Notes under the pieces: model-generated | Seen by the model: only the letters and a program-made list of their open reading frames with translations | What the model was told of the DNA's origin: nothing | Databases searched by the model: none | Assembly (NCBI GenBank): GCA_964637515.1 | Contig: CAZWUI010000001.1 | Span: 121,019-185,018 of the forward strand | DNA from: an uncultured Bacteroidaceae bacterium | GTDB lineage: Bacteria; Bacillota; Clostridia; Christensenellales; CAG-917 | DNA length: 64,000 nucleotides | Reading direction: 5' to 3' | Made by a program: the position numbers and the translations under genes | Part shown: positions 58,005-64,000 of the stretch, in pieces | Numbering within the stretch: position 1 is the stretch's first letter | How the letters are laid out: each line of letters begins with the position of its first letter

Positions 58005-58042
58005 TCTGAACACAACACGGAGAAATCCGCTCAAGGAGAAAT

Positions 58043-59740
58043 ATGTTTTATAAAGACGAACTCGCAGCCGCTCTCGCAACCGACGAAGTTAGCGCGAGCG
58101 AAATCGTAGAAGCGTTTGAAACGCCGAAAGACACTAAAATGGGAGACGTTTGTCTGCCCTGCTTTAAGTTTGCAAAAAAACTCCGCAAAGCACCCCCGCA
58201 AATCGCTTACGACTTCTCAAGAAAACTCGTTGGTTTGCCCGTCGTCGAAAAATTCGACGTCGTCAGCGGCTATCTCAACGTCTACTTCAAGCGCGAAGTT
58301 TTGGCAAATGAACTTTCCGTCCTTCTCAAACAAAACGACGAAGGCAAAGCTATCGGCGCAAGCGACGAGGGCAACGGAAAAACTATCTGCATAGATTATA
58401 GCTCCGTAAATATCGCGAAACCTTTTCATATCGGACACCTGTCCACAACCGTCATCGGCGGTGCGCTCTATCGCATCTTCAAACACCTTGGCTACGACGT
58501 CGTGGGTATCAACCATTTGGGCGACTGGGGTACGCAATTCGGCAAACTCATCGTCGCAACGAGAAAGTGGTCGTCAATCGACGAAATCAGGGGAAAGGAC
58601 GAATATTTTCTCAACTCTCTCTACGTCCGCTACCACCAAGAAGCAGAAGAAAATCCCGCTCTCGACGACGAGGCGCGCGCTTGGTTTAAGCGTATCGAAG
58701 ACGGCGACAAAGAAGCAAATCTCTACTTCGAAGTGTTCAAGGAAATCACCATGCGCGCGGTGGAAAAAATCTACAAACGCTTGAAAATCTCCTTCGACTC
58801 CTATGCGGGCGAATCCTTCTACAACGACAAAATGGACGCATGTCTCGATATACTCCGCGAAAAAAATTTGCTCGTGAAAAGCGAAGGCGCAGAAGTCGTC
58901 AATCTCGACGAATACAACATGCCCCCCTGCCTTCTCGTCAAAGCGGACGGTGCGACTTTGTATGCAACGAGAGATATAGCTGCGGCGTACTATCGCAAGA
59001 AAACTTACGACTTCTACAAATGCCTTTACGTTGTCGCATATCAGCAGAATCTGCACTTTAAGCAACTGTTTAAGGTGCTTGAACTTATGGATTTTGCAGG
59101 AAAGGACGATATGGAGCATATCGCTTTCGGTATGGTCAGTATGGAAGACGGAGCAATGTCAACCCGCCACGGCCACGTCGTTTGGCTCAAAGAAGTCCTT
59201 GACAAAGCGGTCGAAAAAGCACTCGCTATCATTCAGGAAAAGAACCCCGACCTCGATGGCAAAGAACAAATCGCAGAAAGCGTGGGCGTCGGCGCAGTCG
59301 TCTTCTCTGCTCTTTGGAATAGCCGCATCAAAGACGTCGTATTCTCGTTTGATAAGGTGCTCAACTTCGACGGCGAAACCGCCCCTTACGTGCAGTACAC
59401 CTACGCGCGCTCACGTAGCGCTCTCCGCAAAGGCGGTGCGTACGACGTGAACAACGCAGACTGGTCATCCATTCTCGACGACGAAGGATATGAAGTCGTC
59501 AAGAGCGTGCTTTCATTCGGCGCAAGCGTCGAGCAATCCGCACGCTTGAGAGAGCCCTGCTACGTCACCCGACACGTCGTTGACCTTGCAGAAAAATTCA
59601 ACCGTTTCTATATCGGACACCGCATCGTCGTCGATGACGAAAAAACCAAAAATGCGCGCCTGCTCCTGACCGACGCAGTCTCACGCACAATCAAAACGGG
59701 ACTCGCCCTTCTCGGCATCGATTCCCCCGAAGTTATGTAA
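58043..59740 (+). CDS. argS: Arginine--tRNA ligase
   Basis: DYSSVNIAKPFHIGH, NHLGDWGTQFG, MSTR, PYVQY, LLGI..PEVM. Confidence 0.97.
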   Translation: MFYKDELAAALATDEVSASEIVEAFETPKDTKMGDVCLPCFKFAKKLRKAPPQIAYDFSRKLVGLPVVEKFDVVSGYLNVYFKREVLANELSVLLKQNDEGKAIGASDEGNGKTICIDYSSVNIAKPFHIGHLSTTVIGGALYRIFKHLGYDVVGINHLGDWGTQFGKLIVATRKWSSIDEIRGKDEYFLNSLYVRYHQEAEENPALDDEARAWFKRIEDGDKEANLYFEVFKEITMRAVEKIYKRLKISFDSYAGESFYNDKMDACLDILREKNLLVKSEGAEVVNLDEYNMPPCLLVKADGATLYATRDIAAAYYRKKTYDFYKCLYVVAYQQNLHFKQLFKVLELMDFAGKDDMEHIAFGMVSMEDGAMSTRHGHVVWLKEVLDKAVEKALAIIQEKNPDLDGKEQIAESVGVGAVVFSALWNSRIKDVVFSFDKVLNFDGETAPYVQYTYARSRSALRKGGAYDVNNADWSSILDDEGYEVVKSVLSFGASVEQSARLREPCYVTRHVVDLAEKFNRFYIGHRIVVDDEKTKNARLLLTDAVSRTIKTGLALLGIDSPEVM

Positions 59741-59764
59741 TCAAAATCCCCAAAGTTATGCAAC

Positions 59765-59794
59765 AAAAAAGCACCGCCCTCGCGGTGCTTTTTT
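59765..59794. terminator. Bidirectional terminator
   Basis: AAAAAAGCACCGC-CCTC-GCGGTGCTTTTTT. Confidence 0.85.
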
Positions 59795-59844
59795 AGTTAT
59801 ATTGTTTCGCAGTTGTTGTGCCGTGATTAAATCGGGGTTAGCGA

Positions 59845-60132
59845 TTAGGCAAACAGGTAGATAGGCACGAACAAAGTGGTTGCAATGATGATGAGGACGG
59901 TGAGAATATATGCGATTTTTCCGCCGATCCCGGGGAGTCGTGCGTTATTCCAACCATACCAAGCGCCTGCAAGCATGAGTGTGAGCGTCGTCGCAAGTCC
60001 GCACCAAATGCCTTCGTAGCGGCAACTGCCTTCCGCAACGAGAATTATCGTCACAAGACCGAGAAGTGCGGCAAGTATAAGGCCGTAGCAAACGACTGAG
60101 TTGATAGTGCTTTTTGATGATTTTTTTGCCAT
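59845..60132 (-). CDS. Small 3-TM hypothetical membrane protein (95 aa)
   Basis: GGAGG SD, TAGACA-17-TATAAT at 60234-60262, three hydrophobic segments. Confidence 0.75.
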   Translation of the reverse strand: MAKKSSKSTINSVVCYGLILAALLGLVTIILVAEGSCRYEGIWCGLATTLTLMLAGAWYGWNNARLPGIGGKIAYILTVLIIIATTLFVPIYLFA

Positions 60133-60307
60133 AATGACCTCCAAAAAAGTTATTTCATTTTGTGGGAGTGAAATTTCTTTCACTCACTTTCGTGCGGTGG
60201 GTTATGATTTTTGCACCCTTTATGCACACCTACATTATACCCCCGCTCCCCCTAATTGTCTAGGCGCAAATTTTTAGTTTTGTTCAAAATCGCCACAGTC
60301 CGCTCTG

Positions 60308-60342
60308 AAACAAAATGCGGTGGCAAGCACCGCATTTTGTTT
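60308..60342 (-). terminator. Terminator of the lipoprotein gene
   Basis: AAACAAAATGCGGTG-GCAAG-CACCGCATTTTGTTT. Confidence 0.75.
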
Positions 60343-60394
60343 TCCGCTTCGGAGAACGCTTGAAGCGGGAATTTAGGGGAGAAATTATGCAATA

Positions 60395-61492
60395 TTATTT
60401 CGCTTGATTGTTGCTGTAGTTGAACGCTACGGTGCCTTTGATGCCGACGGTGAGATCATCGCTTTCGACAAGGTATTTCGCTTGACCGTTGAGGGTTGCA
60501 GAGCCGTCGTATGCGTAGACGGTTTCGCCGTAGGTGACGGACACGCCGATTTCAACGGAGCCTGCCAAATCAAGGCTGTATTCTTCGTTTGCTTGGACTT
60601 CTGCCGCACTAACGTTGATGATTGCTTTGAAGTTTGCGTTTGCTTCTGCAACTACCACGTTGATTTTTGCGTCGCCGGTCACGGTCACGATTGCACCGTA
60701 TTTGCCGCCGTCGAGTTTGCCGATTTCGATTTCAACGCCTGCATTGAAGCTTTCAAATGCCGCGGTGTCGATTGCGAGAACAACGTTCCCGTCTTTGGTT
60801 GCGGTTGCGGTGAAGTCAACGTCTGCAATGCCTGCCGCACCAAGACTGAAGTTGAATGCGACGGAGCCGATTTCTGCATCGTATGCCGCAGAGCCGTCAA
60901 AGGAGAAGATTTCGACTTCTTTGTCGTTGATTTTTGCAACGATGGATGCGGTGTAGTTGAATTCTTTGCTTTCGATGTCTTTGCCGTCTTTGATGTTCAA
61001 ATAGAGCACGTATTCGTCTGCGAGGACTTTTTCGCCGTTTTCATCGACGTCGTAGATGCTGACGATCAATTTGGTGTTGTAGCCGTCTTTGTCGGACTCT
61101 GCGGTCGTAACTTGGACGTCCTTGTCGCCGACGAGTTCTTGGACTGCTTTCACGCCTTGTTCGACGATGGGTTCCATAACGTTTTCAATGACGGGTTTGA
61201 CTGCATCGATTGCGGTGTTCACGAATGCGCCGATACCGCTTATGCTTGCGGATGCGTCGAATTCAAGGTTTACGCCTTCTTCAAAATTGTCCGTATCTTC
61301 TGCCGCTGCGCCTGCTGCCGCGCCGCCCATGTATTGTGCCGCTGCCGCTACTGCGGTGCCGAGAGTTTCTGCATTGTTGGTTGCTGCGGGGGTTTCCTTG
61401 TCGCCGTTATTGCATCCAACGAAAACGCAAAGAGAGAGTGCGCATACTGCGACGAGTGCGATGATTACAACGATTGATTTTTTGAGTTTCAT
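60395..61492 (-). CDS. Acidic beta-rich lipoprotein of unknown function
   Basis: Lipobox FVGC, AAGGAG SD. Confidence 0.85.
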   Translation of the reverse strand: MKLKKSIVVIIALVAVCALSLCVFVGCNNGDKETPAATNNAETLGTAVAAAAQYMGGAAAGAAAEDTDNFEEGVNLEFDASASISGIGAFVNTAIDAVKPVIENVMEPIVEQGVKAVQELVGDKDVQVTTAESDKDGYNTKLIVSIYDVDENGEKVLADEYVLYLNIKDGKDIESKEFNYTASIVAKINDKEVEIFSFDGSAAYDAEIGSVAFNFSLGAAGIADVDFTATATKDGNVVLAIDTAAFESFNAGVEIEIGKLDGGKYGAIVTVTGDAKINVVVAEANANFKAIINVSAAEVQANEEYSLDLAGSVEIGVSVTYGETVYAYDGSATLNGQAKYLVESDDLTVGIKGTVAFNYSNNQAK

Positions 61493-61519
61493 AACGATAA
61501 TCTCCTTGTTTGTTTCACT

Positions 61520-61570
61520 ATATATAACAAATTAAAAACTGATTTTACCAACGATTTCGAAAAATTTTTT
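61520..61570 (-). promoter_or_regulatory. Putative ECF-sigma promoter motif (copy 2)
   Basis: AAAAAATT..TCGAAATC-N22-TTGTTATATAT, shared with 63149-63199. Confidence 0.6.
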
Positions 61571-62612
61571 AATTTGTTTTGTTTGCTTTGATTTCCGCCT
61601 TGAGCAGAAGGTTGATGTCGAAGGCGTAGACTCCGTCGCCGTCGCAAAGGTCGCGCATAAAGTCGATGGATTCTTGGATGCCACGAGTTTCAAACGCATC
61701 CTTGAACGAGCCGAACAAATCGGTCGTATCTTCAATGCCGAGATAGCCGAGATATAGTTTCACGCATTCGTTTGCATCGGACACTGCAGCGACAAGAGAA
61801 AGAATGTTGAACGTGGTCTTATATTCTTCTATCGCAGTCAAAAGGTCGCTTGCGGTCTGCAAGATTGTGTCGAGGGTGGACGAAAATTCCACGTCTATTC
61901 GCTCCGCATACGCTTGCAGTTTTTCTTCGTCGAAACCGTTCAGGAGTTTGTTGATTTCATCTGCGTTAAGACCGCCGACATTCACTCCCGAAAGCACTTC
62001 CTTTGCTTTTTGTTCAAGGGACGCTTTTCCGCCAAAATCGAAGTTTATCACAACGTTCAGTGCGGATAAAGTTTCGTTTTCGCTGATTTTTGCAGAAATT
62101 GCATTTTCGATTTTTCTTGCGCAGTCGTCGTTGTCGTTGCATACGGTGAACTCCGCCTTTCCGCCCGCTTGCAAATAGCCAAGACTTGCGGACAGCTCAA
62201 CGAGCGCAGTCGCGGTTTCATCAACGCTCTTGCCCGTGAAGTCTTCTCCGTATAACACGAGCACCGCATCTTCGTTGAGTGCGGCAACTTCGGTCACAAC
62301 TCCGTCTGCGGTTGCGGTTATTCCAAACGATGGATTGATTGACAGTGCAACGTAGGTGTCGGACGGTAGGGGTGCAACGGGCATGCCGTTTTTGTCAAGC
62401 CCGAAACCAAGCCCAAAGCCAAGTCCTATGCACGCAACGAGCACCGCCGCTATTGCGGAATAGACGTATCTTCTCGGAGCACGTCTTTTTGCGGGAGCAG
62501 ATTTCTCCGCTTTCTTTTCGGAAGTCGCGCGTTCAAGAATTTTAGCCTTGACGTCCGCATTCGGCAAAATGCTTTCCGCTTGCTTTTTCAATGCTTTTTC
62601 CAAGTCTTTCAT
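61569..62612 (-). CDS. Anti-sigma factor with RsgI-type extracytoplasmic domain
   Basis: Cytoplasmic N-terminus, TM, then YVALSINPSF...V..V.ALNEDA; overlaps the sigma stop codon. Confidence 0.8.
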   Translation of the reverse strand: MKDLEKALKKQAESILPNADVKAKILERATSEKKAEKSAPAKRRAPRRYVYSAIAAVLVACIGLGFGLGFGLDKNGMPVAPLPSDTYVALSINPSFGITATADGVVTEVAALNEDAVLVLYGEDFTGKSVDETATALVELSASLGYLQAGGKAEFTVCNDNDDCARKIENAISAKISENETLSALNVVINFDFGGKASLEQKAKEVLSGVNVGGLNADEINKLLNGFDEEKLQAYAERIDVEFSSTLDTILQTASDLLTAIEEYKTTFNILSLVAAVSDANECVKLYLGYLGIEDTTDLFGSFKDAFETRGIQESIDFMRDLCDGDGVYAFDINLLLKAEIKANKTN

Positions 62613-63136
62613 TCGTCGCTACCTCCTTCAAGTTTTTTGCGGAGCGTCTTCATCGCTTCCTGATATTTGTACGTCACGGTGGACGTGGGCATGTCTAATA
62701 GTTTTGCTACTTCTCGTCGTTTGTAGCCCGCTACGGCGCACATTACGACAATCTTGAATTCTTCTTCGGATAGTATTTCTTCCGCTAGGGATAGGAGACC
62801 TATTTCGTCGTCATCCGGGAGTGTCGCACTCCCCAAAGACGTTTCGTCAAACTCCGTCGGGACTTCCCGTTTTCGCTTGTTATACTCGTTTATCGCAAGC
62901 CGCCTTGCAATTGTTGTGAGCCAAGCAAGCGCATTGCCGTCGCTGTAACTGCCTATGCTCCCAAGCGCTTTCACGTAGACGTCCTGCATCACGTCTTCGG
63001 CGGACTGGCGGTTGCGCAAGATAGAGTGCGCAGTGAAATATACCACTTTGTACGTGTTGTCGTACACGTAGTCAAAAGCGGATTCGTCCCCCTGCTTTAG
63101 CCGTAGCATCGCTCTATCAAGCGTTTCTTTCTTCAT
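62609..63136 (-). CDS. ECF-type RNA polymerase sigma-70 factor
   Basis: GDESAF, AEDVMQDVY, WLTTIARR (region 2); EVAKLLDMPTSTV (region 4). Confidence 0.92.
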   Translation of the reverse strand: MKKETLDRAMLRLKQGDESAFDYVYDNTYKVVYFTAHSILRNRQSAEDVMQDVYVKALGSIGSYSDGNALAWLTTIARRLAINEYNKRKREVPTEFDETSLGSATLPDDDEIGLLSLAEEILSEEEFKIVVMCAVAGYKRREVAKLLDMPTSTVTYKYQEAMKTLRKKLEGGSDE

Positions 63137-63148
63137 AAGTTCTCCTAC

Positions 63149-63199
63149 ATATATAACAATCGAAAACTCGTTTTTGTTGGTGGATTTCGATAATTTTTT
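63149..63199 (-). promoter_or_regulatory. Putative autoregulatory ECF promoter motif (copy 1)
   Basis: AAAAAATTATCGAAATC-N23-TTGTTATATAT. Confidence 0.6.
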
Positions 63200-63268
63200 C
63201 TCGCGCGCACGCGACAATATAAGAATAACCGCCTTGGGCGGTTACACTGTTATGGGTTTGATTTTCTT

Positions 63269-63895
63269 TTAGATATTCTGCCACTTGTCGTCGAACGGAT
63301 TTTCCCTGAACGCAAGGATTTGCGCTTTCTGTTCTTCGGTGATACGCCCCGTCTGCACTGCGACGGTGACGACGTCGTCAAGAGAGCATAAACTCACGTT
63401 CTTGACGGATGCGTTTTCCATTGCGTCTGCGCCTTTCTTCATGCCGTAGTTGAGAATGGACACCATTCCAAGCACGTCCGCGCCCGTTTGACGAAGTTGC
63501 GCCACGCTTTCAAGCACGCTTTTTGCGGTGGATATGAGGTCTTCGATGACGACGACTTTTTGCCCGCTTTCAAGCTTTCCTTCCACTTGCCTACCCTTTC
63601 CCGTCGCACCTATTCTGACGTAACCCATGGGAAGAGCGAGCATATGCCCTACGATTGCCGCATGTGCTATTCCCGCCGTTGCGGTGCCCATAAGGCATTC
63701 ACAGTCGGGATATTCACGTTTGACGGTTTCTGCGATTGCGTTCTCGACGGCAATGCGCAAGTCGGGGGAAGTCAAGATAAGTCTGTTGTCTGAATATATG
63801 GGGCTCTTGACGCCGCTTGCCCATACGAATGGTTTTTCGACGTTCAATTCGACTGCGCCTATGTCCAACAATCCTTTGGCGATTTCGTAGTTCAT
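63269..63895 (-). CDS. pyrE: Orotate phosphoribosyltransferase
   Basis: WASGVKSPIYSDNR, GTATAGI, VVIEDLIST; AGGAGG SD; TTGAAA-17-TATAAT at 63914-63942. Confidence 0.88.
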   Translation of the reverse strand: MNYEIAKGLLDIGAVELNVEKPFVWASGVKSPIYSDNRLILTSPDLRIAVENAIAETVKREYPDCECLMGTATAGIAHAAIVGHMLALPMGYVRIGATGKGRQVEGKLESGQKVVVIEDLISTAKSVLESVAQLRQTGADVLGMVSILNYGMKKGADAMENASVKNVSLCSLDDVVTVAVQTGRITEEQKAQILAFRENPFDDKWQNI

Positions 63896-64000
63896 ACCGA
63901 CCTCCTGTGTAGAATTATAGCACATACCGCCTTGTATTTCAAGGGAAATTACACGGTGCGGTTCGCTATGGAAAAATTAGTCAGAAGAAAACTCCGCCGT

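Noticed and set aside
60311-60338. AAAATGCGGT resembling the Pasteurellaceae uptake sequence
   Set aside because: An imperfect match forming an ordinary terminator stem, not obviously repeated in the window.

Overview
64 kb of chromosomal DNA from a sporulating Clostridia-like bacterium, probably an uncultured gut or rumen lineage (taxonomy inferred). It uses the standard genetic code, and I saw no rRNA, tRNA, CRISPR array, phage or transposase. Housekeeping content: glnS, a fused ecfA1A2-ecfT-truA operon, dut, a ferredoxin, asnS-asnA-aspS, trxB, a glmM-like gene, the rpmH-rnpA-yidD-yidC-jag-mnmE-mnmG block (not next to dnaA or rsmG/parAB), uppP, ychF, argS and pyrE. Main points of interest: (1) Two convergent operons each pair an enzyme (a split transketolase; a class-III aminotransferase) with a tandem SCP2-like lipid-binding protein. 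A GH3, a GH27, a D-aminoacylase-like amidohydrolase and an FGGY kinase lie within 25 kb. I infer a candidate sphingoid-base/glycosphingolipid pathway that works by transamination plus ketol transfer. (2) An unannotated ~90-nt sRNA has its own sigma-A promoter and terminator and a seed complementary to an RBS plus start codon; similar seeds occur in two 3' UTRs. (3) An ECF sigma factor is paired with an RsgI-type anti-sigma carrying an Asn-Pro autocleavage motif, and a promoter motif is shared with the downstream lipoprotein. (4) A symmetric cluster of four DnaA boxes lies between sporulation genes. (5) There are several leaderless promoters, a candidate uORF attenuator, a REP-like repeat family and a MITE-like element. 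Functional calls come from motif recognition only; no database search was run.
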